Part shown: one piece after another, positions 8,649-17,997 of the stretch | How positions within the stretch are numbered: the first letter of the stretch is position 1 | How the letters are laid out: each line of letters starts with the position of its first letter | Assembly: GCA_964577615.1 (NCBI GenBank) | Contig: CAZNZW010000008.1 | Span: 54 to 64,053 of the forward strand | DNA: 64,000 bases | Source: an uncultured Desulfobacterales bacterium | GTDB taxonomy: Bacteria > Desulfobacterota > Desulfobacteria > Desulfobacterales > QNYZ01 | Reading direction: 5' to 3' | The notes under the pieces: generated by a model | Seen by the model: the letters and a program-made list of their open reading frames with translations, nothing else | The model's database searches: none | Told to the model about the DNA's origin: nothing | Translations under genes and position numbers: made by a program

Positions 8649-9785
8649 CTACTTCAGCAACCCCTTTTCAGGAGACCAGTAGGGGACAAATTTGCCTTTG
8701 GTGATTTTATAGGCAATGTAAGAAGATCCGGAATCACCGTTGGCTCTGAACTTGATCCGCTTGGCCACGCCGTTGAAGTCCATCTTCATGATCTCGGCCT
8801 TGATCTTGGCCGGGTCGGTGGCGCCGGCCGCCTTGATCGCCTTGAGCAGTACCGTGGCCGCATCATAGGCATACGTTGCATAGGCGGCAATGGGGCCATA
8901 CTTGGGAACGTAAAGCTTCTCAAAGGCCTTGTATTCGGGGGTTGTTGTATCGGTGAAGCCGTAGGTGATGTAGATCCCCTCGGCCGCGTCCTTGGCCACA
9001 TCCATGAATTTGGGCTGAAACATGGCATCCTGGGAAACGATCTGAGATTTCAACCCCATCCGCTTGGCCTGAAGAGCCATCAATGCACCTGGCGAGTACC
9101 CCTGCAGAGACATATAGAATACATCGGCATTGGCCCGTTTGGCTTTGGTCAAAACAGCAGAGAAGTCTTTGTCTCCCTGGTTGACGTGATCATGCTCGAC
9201 AATCTTGATACCGAGTTTTTCACATGCTTTGGCCACACCGTCGGCCAGTCCCTGGGAGTAGGTCGTTTTGTCATCAACGATGAAAATGGTTTTTATTTTC
9301 AGCGCCTCTTTCATAAATTTGGCCGCCGCCGGCGCCTGATCATCATCCCGGCCGCAGAGACGGAACATATAGGGCAGCCCGCGGTCGGTCACCTTCTCGT
9401 TGGTGGACGCCGGGGTCAGCATGGGAATGTCTTCTTCATTAAGTGTTTCGGAAGACGGAATAGTGGAAGATGAGCAGTAGGCGCCGATCACGCCAACTAC
9501 TTCAAGGTTGATCAGTTTGTTGGCGGCGGCCACGGCCTGCTTCGGATCACAGGCGGTATCCTGGGCAAGCAGTTCGATCTTATCATAACCGGGTACGCCA
9601 CCGGCCTGCTGAAACACTTCGATAGCCGTCAATACGCCGTTCTTAATGTCCGTACCATCCGATGCGTACGGCCCTGTCAACGGGCTCATCGATCCAATCT
9701 TTAAGGTTTTTGCCGTTGTGGTTCCCACAATAAAGGGAACGATCATCAAACCAAATACCAGTGCGACAAACAGTTTTTTTCTCAT
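8649..9785 (-). CDS. livK: Branched-chain amino acid ABC transporter substrate-binding protein (LivK/LivJ family)
   Basis: Signal peptide; KIGSMSPLTGPYA, DTACDPKQAVAAANKL, GAYCSSSTIP. Confidence 0.88.
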   Translation of the reverse strand: MRKKLFVALVFGLMIVPFIVGTTTAKTLKIGSMSPLTGPYASDGTDIKNGVLTAIEVFQQAGGVPGYDKIELLAQDTACDPKQAVAAANKLINLEVVGVIGAYCSSSTIPSSETLNEEDIPMLTPASTNEKVTDRGLPYMFRLCGRDDDQAPAAAKFMKEALKIKTIFIVDDKTTYSQGLADGVAKACEKLGIKIVEHDHVNQGDKDFSAVLTKAKRANADVFYMSLQGYSPGALMALQAKRMGLKSQIVSQDAMFQPKFMDVAKDAAEGIYITYGFTDTTTPEYKAFEKLYVPKYGPIAAYATYAYDAATVLLKAIKAAGATDPAKIKAEIMKMDFNGVAKRIKFRANGDSGSSYIAYKITKGKFVPYWSPEKGLLK

Positions 9786-9827
9786 TTAACGCTCCTCCTG
9801 AAATGAATGTGTCTAACGCGATTAACT

Positions 9828-10592
9828 CTATCCGGCCGGTTGCCCCAGGTATGCTTCAATCACCTGCGGGTTGGACTGAATGGCTTCCGGTGTCCCTTCG
9901 GCAATCTTGACGCCATGGTCCACACATACGATCCGGTGACAGACCCCCATCACCACTTTCATATCGTGTTCTACCAGCAACACGTTAATTCCGATATCAC
10001 AGATACGGGCGATATCCTTCATCAGCGCCGAGCTTTCGGACGGGTTCATGCCGGCCGCAGGCTCGTCCAGCAAAAGTACTTTGGGGTTGGACGCCAGGGC
10101 CCGGGCAATTTCCAGGCGCCGCTGCAACCCATAGGGCAGTGTGGACGCCACTGTATCCGCGTACTGATCAACACCCATTATTTTCAACGCGTCCAGCGCG
10201 TGTTCCCGGATCTGTGCTTCTTCCCGGCGCTGTGATTTTGTCCGAAAAATAGCCCCCGCCACGCCTTTTTTCGACCGGCAGTGCCGGGCCACCATGGCAT
10301 TTTCAATGGCCGTCATGGCTGAAAAAAGGCGGATATTCTGGAAGGTCCGGGCCACGCCCCGGGCGAATATTTCGCTGGGCCGCTTTCCTATAATACTCTG
10401 GCCATCAAACCGCACGTCGCCGCTGCTGGCTTTGTAGACGCCGGTCAGCACATTGAATACCGTGGTTTTACCGGCGCCATTGGGACCAATCAGTCCCAGA
10501 ATCTCACCGGCATTAATCGTAAAACTCAGATCCGACAGGGCCAGCAAACCGCCGAATTTGACTGTCACATTGCTGAATTCCAGATGCGCCAT
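9828..10592 (-). CDS. livG: Branched-chain amino acid ABC transporter ATP-binding protein
   Basis: [48 protein letters not shown]. Confidence 0.93.
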   Translation of the reverse strand: MAHLEFSNVTVKFGGLLALSDLSFTINAGEILGLIGPNGAGKTTVFNVLTGVYKASSGDVRFDGQSIIGKRPSEIFARGVARTFQNIRLFSAMTAIENAMVARHCRSKKGVAGAIFRTKSQRREEAQIREHALDALKIMGVDQYADTVASTLPYGLQRRLEIARALASNPKVLLLDEPAAGMNPSESSALMKDIARICDIGINVLLVEHDMKVVMGVCHRIVCVDHGVKIAEGTPEAIQSNPQVIEAYLGQPAG

Positions 10593-10710
10593 ATTTTTAA
10601 ACCATCAGCTGATATAAGATGATTAACCGAAAACCCGCTCCGACATGGCTTAAAACGGCCGGCCCGAAAAGATATTTCCATGGTATTCGGTCGAAAATGT
10701 TGGATCACTA

Positions 10711-10739
10711 CCTATAGCCAACACGTGATTTGGTGTCAA
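10711..10739 (-). promoter_or_regulatory. Putative sigma70 promoter of the liv operon
   Basis: TTGACA-17 bp-TATAGG on minus strand; spacer contains near-palindrome CCAACACGTGATTTGG. Confidence 0.5.
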
Positions 10740-10883
10740 GAGGCATTGCTTTTAATTCACTTGATATAAATGAGATATCCGCTGTATATGGGTGCAATTA
10801 AATCAACTGCAATGGACGGCGGGAAGAAAAAGAAGCCGGCGCAATGGTAAAATACGTCCCACTTCCTTGCTTTCAACGTTTGT

Positions 10884-10899
10884 TTGACAGCGCTGTCAA
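10884..10899. promoter_or_regulatory. Perfect 16-bp palindrome, possible operator
   Basis: TTGACAGCGCTGTCAA, 70 bp upstream of prmA in the divergent liv/prmA intergenic region. Confidence 0.4.
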
Positions 10900-10968
10900 C
10901 CGATAATCGTTATCGATGACAAACCATCGATTTTGAACCTGTCAAAACCATTTTCAGGGTGATCTTCC

Positions 10969-11904
10969 ATGAAATATATCGAAGCCCGCGTCATTATATC
11001 TTCCGGCAGCCCGGACCCGGCGGAAGAGCTGATCGTATCAATTTTAGACGATCTCGGTTTGAAGGGGGCAATAATCGAAAACCCGGCGGACGGCCTGCAG
11101 ACCCTGGCCGGTAAAACCGGCACCCTACCGCCCGAACATACCGTTACCGGTTTTTTCCCGGCCGACGCATCAGGGAAAAAACGCTGTCTGCAGATGGAAT
11201 CGGCGCTGGCGGATTTAAAAACCCGCGGCGCCATCCACACGCGCATAGTCTACCGCAACATCGACGAAGAAGACTGGGCCGAATCGTGGAAAGCTTTTTT
11301 TCACCCGGAAAAGATCACCTCCCGTCTGGTGGTCAAACCCACCTGGCGAAAGTATTCGCCCGGCCCCGATGAAACCGTGATCGAAATCGACCCGGGCATG
11401 GCTTTTGGCACCGGCACCCACCCCACCACGACATTATGCGCCCGGATGCTCGAAGAAAACCTGTGCCCGGGCCAGCGTATTCTCGATGTGGGCACCGGCT
11501 CCGGAATTTTGTCGATCATTGCCGCAAGGCTGGGTGCGGCCAGCGGCGTCGGGATCGACAACGATCTTCAGGCTGTCCGGATAGCACGATCCAATTTGCA
11601 CCTCAATCACCTGGATCCGAACCGCTTCCGCGTGGTCACAGGAAACCTGGTCGCCCCGCTGTCCGGCCGTTTTGACCTGGTCGTCGCCAACATCCTGACC
11701 GATGTTATTCTGTCCCTGATCACCTCGCTGGACCGGGTGCTGACGCCCGGCGGCCTGTTTATCTGCTCCGGCATCATCCGGCGGGATATCCAGAAGATCG
11801 CCGACAGTCTCCGGCGACACCGCCTGGACGTCATCGACCAGCAGGTCCTGGAAGAATGGGCGGCTTTCACCGCCCGATCACGGGAAAATGGAACTATCTC
11901 TTGA
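10969..11904 (+). CDS. prmA: Ribosomal protein L11 methyltransferase
   Basis: EEDWAESWK, IEIDPGMAFGTGTHPTT, LDVGTGSGILS, VVANIL. Confidence 0.95.
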   Translation: MKYIEARVIISSGSPDPAEELIVSILDDLGLKGAIIENPADGLQTLAGKTGTLPPEHTVTGFFPADASGKKRCLQMESALADLKTRGAIHTRIVYRNIDEEDWAESWKAFFHPEKITSRLVVKPTWRKYSPGPDETVIEIDPGMAFGTGTHPTTTLCARMLEENLCPGQRILDVGTGSGILSIIAARLGAASGVGIDNDLQAVRIARSNLHLNHLDPNRFRVVTGNLVAPLSGRFDLVVANILTDVILSLITSLDRVLTPGGLFICSGIIRRDIQKIADSLRRHRLDVIDQQVLEEWAAFTARSRENGTIS

Positions 11905-12001
11905 CGAACCAGTCAGCCGCTGCTATGAAAGTCGCCAAAAATGATATAAATAATAGCACGATAGGCGCCCGGATCACCTGAATCCGGAAAAGGTGTCAGC
12001 C

Positions 12002-12388
12002 ATGGCCCGTAAAGTCCCCAATTCAGACCGAAATTCCGAGCACCGCAGCGAGCAGAGGAAACTGGTTGACCGATACTACAGCGTCCAGTTTTCACTTGAA
12101 AAAAAAATACCGATTTACCAGTTCAAGCTCAAAGACATATCGACATACGGCCTGTGTATTATCATCAAACAGGGATCCCCCATTCTCGATAAAATCCATG
12201 AAGATGAAAACCTGGAGATGACCTTCTGCGCGGCGGACGCCCCCCATGATCAGTCTCGATTCAAAACGAAAATTATCCACATCACACCGGATAAAAGAGG
12301 CAAATATAAAAATCACGTATTGATGGGCCTTGCCATTATTGATGACGACCAGAAGCCCTTAAATGCGCCCCGCGCCGGACTGCGATGA
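12002..12388 (+). CDS. PilZ-domain protein (c-di-GMP receptor)
   Basis: RxxxR (RSEQR) and DxSxxG (DISTYG) motifs; ORF track starts at GTG 11993. Confidence 0.75.
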   Translation: MARKVPNSDRNSEHRSEQRKLVDRYYSVQFSLEKKIPIYQFKLKDISTYGLCIIIKQGSPILDKIHEDENLEMTFCAADAPHDQSRFKTKIIHITPDKRGKYKNHVLMGLAIIDDDQKPLNAPRAGLR

Positions 12389-13677
12389 GATCTCTGTCAG
12401 ACGCGTCCATCGCCGGTAAAGCATGGGTTCTCGCCATCATCTGCCTGCTGACCGCCGGCCTGACCAACAGCGCCTACGGGTTCACGGCGGCCGAGCTGCA
12501 CCGCTTTCAAAAATCAATTATTGATTATCGCAGCCGGATCCACCCGAAATTTAAAAAAAAACTCCGAAGAAAAACCAGATACATCATTGTTCATACATCT
12601 GAAGGCGGTTTGAAAAGCACGCTCAACGTGGTATTGACCGGCAAATCCGTCCGGGGACGGCGGATCACTTACGGCGGCCATGCCAACTACGTCATTGCCC
12701 GGGACGGGCGCACGTTTCGCACCCTGGATAAAAAATACCGGGCCGACCATGCCGGGCGCAGCATGTGGCGGGGGCAGACCGATATCAGCAGCGTTTCCAT
12801 CGGTATTGAGCTGGTGGGGTATCATTATACCGACATCACCCCCCGCCAGTACCACGCCGTCGGTCTCCTGCTCGATATCCTCAAAAAGCACTACCATCTA
12901 TCCGACCGGGCGATACTCACCCACAGCCAGGTTGCCTACGGCCGGCCCAACCGCTGGTTCAGGCGCGCCCATCGCGGGCGAAAACGGTGTGCCAAGAATT
13001 TTATCCGATCCAAGGCCCACCTGGGTCCGGGCTGGGCTTACGATCCGGATGTCCGGGCCGGCCGGCTGACACCGGATCCCAAACTGGCCAGAATTTTATA
13101 CGCCCGGCGGCGGGTACCGCCGTCGGAACAGATCGGGACCAATATTATTACCGCCCGGAACACCGCCTGGACCATTGCGGGGGAAGATTACAATTCAGCC
13201 AACACCTTATACAAACTGCCCAACGGGAAAATCATTCCGGGAGACAAGGTTAAAGAACGCATTGGATGGAACCGGCTCCCCGAAAAAACCGTGGTATTGC
13301 TCAATCAGACCCAGATCCCCGTCAAGACCGGACCGATCAAAACGATTACCGACGGGCTTTCCGCCTGGACGCTGGCCGGAGCCGCCTACAACCGGCGAAC
13401 AACCTTTTACTTTTTCCCCAATGGCACGGTTAAAAACGGCCGCCAGATTTCAGACTGGGACGGGCTGCCGCCGCGCACCAAAATGATCGTCGGATATCAG
13501 GTCAAGGGCCGGATATCCCGCGCCAAACCGCCCACCCTTCTTGCCGGCAGGCGGTACAACCACCGGACCACGATCTATTATTTTCCCAACAACACGTTAT
13601 TGCCCGGAAATATAATCAAGAACTTCAGAAAATTTCCCAGCGGCGTCAAGATTTACCTGCCCGTAAAGAATTCGTAG
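12385..13677 (+). CDS. N-acetylmuramoyl-L-alanine amidase (Amidase_2) with three C-terminal repeats
   Basis: Signal peptide; IIVHTSE, HANYVIARDG, ADHAG, SIGIELVG, LTHSQV; start overlaps PilZ stop (ATGA). Confidence 0.85.
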   Translation: MRSLSDASIAGKAWVLAIICLLTAGLTNSAYGFTAAELHRFQKSIIDYRSRIHPKFKKKLRRKTRYIIVHTSEGGLKSTLNVVLTGKSVRGRRITYGGHANYVIARDGRTFRTLDKKYRADHAGRSMWRGQTDISSVSIGIELVGYHYTDITPRQYHAVGLLLDILKKHYHLSDRAILTHSQVAYGRPNRWFRRAHRGRKRCAKNFIRSKAHLGPGWAYDPDVRAGRLTPDPKLARILYARRRVPPSEQIGTNIITARNTAWTIAGEDYNSANTLYKLPNGKIIPGDKVKERIGWNRLPEKTVVLLNQTQIPVKTGPIKTITDGLSAWTLAGAAYNRRTTFYFFPNGTVKNGRQISDWDGLPPRTKMIVGYQVKGRISRAKPPTLLAGRRYNHRTTIYYFPNNTLLPGNIIKNFRKFPSGVKIYLPVKNS

Positions 13678-13688
13678 CCCGTTGGCCA

Positions 13689-14951
13689 TCACACGGTTTT
13701 GCGGCCAAACGCCCGGCCGGCCTTGCTGCGCTGCCGGGGCCGATAGGTATCGTTGGCGATTTCCCGCGTCATTACCCGCTTGAAGAGACGGAACATCTTC
13801 ATCTGCTGGGATTCGTCGGCATAGAAAGAATCCCAGGCATGATGAAACAGCTCCTGGAGGCGATCCGGCGGGATCTGTCTGGGCTGGTAGACCACCTGAT
13901 CAGCCGTATATTTTTTCCAGTCATAGGTTAAAATCCGTTTCTCTTTCTCCAGGTTTCGAAACGCGCGGGTGTGGGGAAAGGGCGTCAGGATGGTGAACTC
14001 CGCCAGATCCAGATCGATCTCGAGGAGAAAGTCGATCAGGCGCCGGATATCATCTTCGGTGTGTTCGTCAAGCCCCAGTAAAATCGTGCCTTCAACGGCA
14101 ATCCCGTGATCGTGGTAGCGCTGAATCCGGTCCCGGATCAGATCCGATGTATCAAAAACGGCCTGATAGACATACCAGGCGCCGGCCTGAGCGGCCAGAT
14201 CGAGCACCTCGGGATCGTCTTCGATGGGGTGGCTGCACCAGTTTTTTTTCAACGGGATCATTTCCCGGAAAAGGTCCTTTTCCCACTGGGTATTCTGGGC
14301 CAGGGAGTTATCGACGAGAAAAAGCCGGTTGTTGTCAATACCGGCCATCTCCGCCACCACCTTGTCGATGGGACGGGGGCGGAATCGGCGACCGCCCAGA
14401 TACGCCACCGCACACGGATAGCAGTTAAACCGGCACCCCCTTGAAGCGTGCACCAGATCGACCATCTGAATGCCCCGGTAATTGTACAGATCCCGGTTCA
14501 GGATATCCCGCCGGGCCGGGCCGATGAGCGCCACCGGCGGCTGGTCGTCCATGTAGTTGTATACTTTTTTCAATTGCCCGTTTTTGAAATCGGCCAGCAC
14601 CGTATCGATGTGGCCTTCGGCCTCGCCGATGAAAACCGCATCGGCATGCGCCGCCGTTTCTTCGGCGTGCAGCATGGTGGCAATCCCCCCGAAAATCACC
14701 GGGATGCCCCGGGCGCGAAAGGTATCGGCGATTTCCCAGCCCCGCTGGATCTGACTGGTGAGCATGGCCGATATGCCAACCATATCCGCCGACGCATCGA
14801 AATCGACCGTCTCCAGGTTTTCGTCGGTAAAGACAACCTCCACATCTTCGGGCAGAGCGGCGGCGAAAACCACCGGGCCGTGGGGGGGCAGATGAAACTC
14901 GGTCTGTCCGGTCAGCTTGGGCCATTTGGGATAGATCAGATATAATTTCAT
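13689..14951 (-). CDS. Cobalamin-binding radical SAM enzyme (class B-like)
   Basis: N-terminal B12-binding fold (VGISAM, VIFGGIATM, AVFIGEAEG); SRGCRFNCYPC. Confidence 0.88.
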   Translation of the reverse strand: MKLYLIYPKWPKLTGQTEFHLPPHGPVVFAAALPEDVEVVFTDENLETVDFDASADMVGISAMLTSQIQRGWEIADTFRARGIPVIFGGIATMLHAEETAAHADAVFIGEAEGHIDTVLADFKNGQLKKVYNYMDDQPPVALIGPARRDILNRDLYNYRGIQMVDLVHASRGCRFNCYPCAVAYLGGRRFRPRPIDKVVAEMAGIDNNRLFLVDNSLAQNTQWEKDLFREMIPLKKNWCSHPIEDDPEVLDLAAQAGAWYVYQAVFDTSDLIRDRIQRYHDHGIAVEGTILLGLDEHTEDDIRRLIDFLLEIDLDLAEFTILTPFPHTRAFRNLEKEKRILTYDWKKYTADQVVYQPRQIPPDRLQELFHHAWDSFYADESQQMKMFRLFKRVMTREIANDTYRPRQRSKAGRAFGRKTV

Positions 14952-15021
14952 ATAATTTCAGTATATTCCTCTTTGTTTTGATGCCGCGGGAAAAACACGC
15001 ATCCGGTCTTTCCGGGATTTT

Positions 15022-15705
15022 TTAATGGTTTATCGGCGTTGCCGACAGCAGTCGGAAATGCAGGGAGTATCCATGGGTCCCCGGCGCTGTCAGAGAAAAT
15101 GTGTCCGGGATAAAAAGTGTTCCGGCCGTGTTTTTCCGGCCCGTGGCCCCGGAGATGACCTCGCGGGTCATCCGGCCGGCATCGTCGTATTTCCGAATCC
15201 GCCAGGTGCCGTCCCGGGCCGTGGCCACTTCCACGACACCCCCCCGGGCATCGACAAACCGGCAGGCCGTGCCGGCCGTTGTCCGGCCTGTTTCCCGAAG
15301 GTTCCCCTGCGGCGGCAGAAAAATCAGCGCCACGTCGGCCAGGATACCGGTGGCCAGCGCCGGCCGGTCAAAGGGCGGGATCGCTTTCATCACCGCTGCT
15401 GTTCCGGCCAAACGGGCATCGAACAGGACGAGACCTTCCAGGGTCAGGAGGGTGCAGCGAATGGCGTTTCCGTTCGGATCCACATCGATCACCCCGTTGA
15501 AAAACGACGACCGCCCGGCCACATCCATCCGGATGGCATGGACAAACTGCCACCGCGCGCGGACAAACGGTCCCCGGCAGTCCGGGCCGGCGCCAGCATC
15601 CCCAAGCGGGGCCAGCGGGGCCATGCGCGTCGTTCCACCACAGGCCGTCAAAACGACAATCAGGAGAATCAGCCATCCCGGCGGCAGGCGGGTAAAACGG
15701 GTCAC
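15022..15705 (-). CDS. Lipoprotein, DUF3261-like (aryl-polyene-cluster type)
   Basis: Lipobox LTAC; LLTLEGLVLFD segment; sits directly downstream of the LolA-like gene. Confidence 0.6.
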   Translation of the reverse strand: MTRFTRLPPGWLILLIVVLTACGGTTRMAPLAPLGDAGAGPDCRGPFVRARWQFVHAIRMDVAGRSSFFNGVIDVDPNGNAIRCTLLTLEGLVLFDARLAGTAAVMKAIPPFDRPALATGILADVALIFLPPQGNLRETGRTTAGTACRFVDARGGVVEVATARDGTWRIRKYDDAGRMTREVISGATGRKNTAGTLFIPDTFSLTAPGTHGYSLHFRLLSATPINH

Positions 15706-16355
15706 GGGATCCTGGAAAAAACAGCCGGCGGCAGCGGCATGTTGGTGCGCGTATGCGTAAATGTCCAGACGGTATAGGCATCGGCACCTTCCACCACGGT
15801 AACGGTGTCGACCACGCCCGGTGCATCGGACAGTATCAGCTCGATCCGATTGATTATCCGGGACAGTGCCGCCTTTTTGGGCGTCAGGACCACCTTGTTG
15901 CTGCCGACGAGCGCCGCGTCAAAATCCGCGCTGTCGGAAAACCGGCCGGACATCCAGCCGCTGATCTGGCCCATCACCACCTGCATTCCCGCCATCTTGA
16001 CACCGGCATCGGCAATCCATCTGCCGTCCTGTTCCACAAACCGCCGGGTATTTCCCTGACGGGACACAAGAATGCTTTTTACGGGCGATACGTATTCCCA
16101 CCGTACCGATCCCGGCCGCTGAAAAAAAAACCGCCCCGTGGACGTCAGGGGCCGGGCCAGAAAGGGCAGATGTTTTTCCTGGACAAAATCCGCCTGGACC
16201 GTAACAATTTTTTCCGACGCCGCCCGGATCGCCTCCCAGCTGTCCGCCCATCCGGCGGTGGCCACCAGCAGCGCCGCAAGATTCAGGCCGATCAGCAGCC
16301 GGCCGGCGGTTGTCGCTATTTTTCCAGAAATTTTCACTGGGTCAGGCCATGCCAC
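15702..16355 (-). CDS. LolA-like outer-membrane lipoprotein/lipid carrier
   Basis: Signal peptide; ADFVQEKHL, STGRFFFQRPGSVRWEYVSP. Confidence 0.82.
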   Translation of the reverse strand: MAWPDPVKISGKIATTAGRLLIGLNLAALLVATAGWADSWEAIRAASEKIVTVQADFVQEKHLPFLARPLTSTGRFFFQRPGSVRWEYVSPVKSILVSRQGNTRRFVEQDGRWIADAGVKMAGMQVVMGQISGWMSGRFSDSADFDAALVGSNKVVLTPKKAALSRIINRIELILSDAPGVVDTVTVVEGADAYTVWTFTHTRTNMPLPPAVFSRIP

Positions 16356-17079
16356 CGTTCACGGAAATGACCTGCCCCGTAATATACGAGGCATCGGCCG
16401 AACAAAGAAAACGGACGACATTGGCAATCTCTTCCGGCTGGCCGATCCGGGCCATCGGAATCATGTTCTTCAGCCCGGTCAGGGCCACATCCCTGATCAT
16501 ATCCGTGTCGATGATACCGGGGGCCACCACGTTGACACGAATGCCGAGCCGGCCGACTTCGGTGGCCAGGGATCGGCTGGCGCCAATCAACCCCGCCTTG
16601 GCCGCCGAATAATTGGCCTGCCCGCGATTGCCGATCAGCCCGGCGATGGAAGAAATCGAGACCACGGCCCCTTTTTTGCGCCGCACCATCTTTTTCAGCA
16701 CCGGTTTGGTGACGTTGTAAAACCCGGTCAGGGTGGTATCGATCACCTGCCGCCAGTCTTTTTCCGGCATCATCATGAAAAGGCCATCGGCCGTGATGCC
16801 GGCGTTGTTCACCAGCACATCGATGCCTTTGTAGCGGGAAAAGAGATCGTCGAGCGCGGCTTTGGTCCGGCCGGCATCGGTGACATCAAAGGGCAGCAGT
16901 TCGCCCCGGCCGCCGTCTTTTTTGATCTGCGCCAGCGTTTCTTCGGCGGCCGTTGCGCTGGAGCGGTAATTGACCGCCACGTACCAGCCGGCCCGGGCCA
17001 GGGCAACGGCAATGGCCCGCCCGATTCCCTTGCCGGCGCCCGTGACGATGGCCACTTCGGTATCCGTATTTTTATCCAT
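16342..17079 (-). CDS. fabG: 3-oxoacyl-ACP reductase
   Basis: TGAGKGIG, NNAGIT, YSAAK, VAPGIIDTDM, GQVISVNGG; start at MDKN after GGAG (ORF track 17103). Confidence 0.9.
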   Translation of the reverse strand: MDKNTDTEVAIVTGAGKGIGRAIAVALARAGWYVAVNYRSSATAAEETLAQIKKDGGRGELLPFDVTDAGRTKAALDDLFSRYKGIDVLVNNAGITADGLFMMMPEKDWRQVIDTTLTGFYNVTKPVLKKMVRRKKGAVVSISSIAGLIGNRGQANYSAAKAGLIGASRSLATEVGRLGIRVNVVAPGIIDTDMIRDVALTGLKNMIPMARIGQPEEIANVVRFLCSADASYITGQVISVNGGMA

Positions 17080-17129
17080 GCTTATCTCCCCGATGTTTGA
17101 CATATTAACAGATTGTTCGCTGCCTGTTT

Positions 17130-17561
17130 TCAGTCTTCTTCCTGAACCACCTGGAGGGTGATTTCCGCAATCGACCGATCCCCGATCCGAACGTGCCCGG
17201 CAATTTCGGACAAGCCTTCAAAACTGAACGTCTGCCGGGTCGCTGTCACCATCCGGGCACCGAATGGCAGGGGATCCAGATGAAAAACCGCTTTTTTTAT
17301 CCCCACCAGCCATCCCCGGCCCCCGGTGGTATTGCCATGTTTTTTCAGTTCCCGCCAGCCGATGCAGATACCGGCCGTCTGGGCCACCAGCTCGATCAGA
17401 ACCACGGCCCCCACGCCGGACGCGGCGGACGCCGGCCAGCGTTCGGACACCACCGCTGCCGTAACGGCGCCCTGGTCGTCCACTGACACAATGTCGTCCA
17501 CCAGCTTCATCTGCTCCCGGTGCGGGATCAGATCCTCGATGGTAATCGTATTCGGATGCAT
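17130..17561 (-). CDS. Hotdog-fold 3-hydroxyacyl-ACP dehydratase (ApeP-like)
   Basis: LIPHREQMKLVD, IELVAQTAG, GWLVGIK. Confidence 0.8.
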   Translation of the reverse strand: MHPNTITIEDLIPHREQMKLVDDIVSVDDQGAVTAAVVSERWPASAASGVGAVVLIELVAQTAGICIGWRELKKHGNTTGGRGWLVGIKKAVFHLDPLPFGARMVTATRQTFSFEGLSEIAGHVRIGDRSIAEITLQVVQEED

Positions 17562-17730
17562 ACTGCCGCCGTAACCTGAAAAAACCGTTTGAAAGTTGGT
17601 GCCGGATCGCGTAATAAAAGCAGCGGGTCCGTCTGGCTATACCGTAAACCACCGCATCTTGTAAAGCCAGGTACCCGACCGGCCGGCGCATGCTGAAAAA
17701 ATCACCCAAACAGATAAGGAAAACACATAT

Positions 17731-17997
17731 ATGAACTCCCTGATCGAAGAGCTCCGGGTCAAAATCATCGACGCCCTCGACCTGATCGATATCGCCCCGG
17801 ACGATATTGACATTGAAGCCCCGCTCATCGGCGGCAAGCTGGGTATCGACTCCATTGATGTCCTCGAGCTGGTGATGATGACCGAAAGGGATTATGGCGT
17901 CACCATCGACAATCAGGAACTGGGCGCCCGGGTGTTTGCTTCCCTGAAATCGCTGGCCGAATACATCGACGCGCACCAGGCGGAAAAGGCCAGTTGA
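17731..17997 (+). CDS. Acyl carrier protein 1
   Basis: LGIDSIDVLEL phosphopantetheine motif; acidic 88 aa. Confidence 0.92.
   Translation: MNSLIEELRVKIIDALDLIDIAPDDIDIEAPLIGGKLGIDSIDVLELVMMTERDYGVTIDNQELGARVFASLKSLAEYIDAHQAEKAS

Noticed and set aside
14941-14960. 10-bp tandem duplication TATAATTTCA x2 at the radical SAM start
   Set aside because: Only two copies; reading frame and start intact; no evidence for phase variation.
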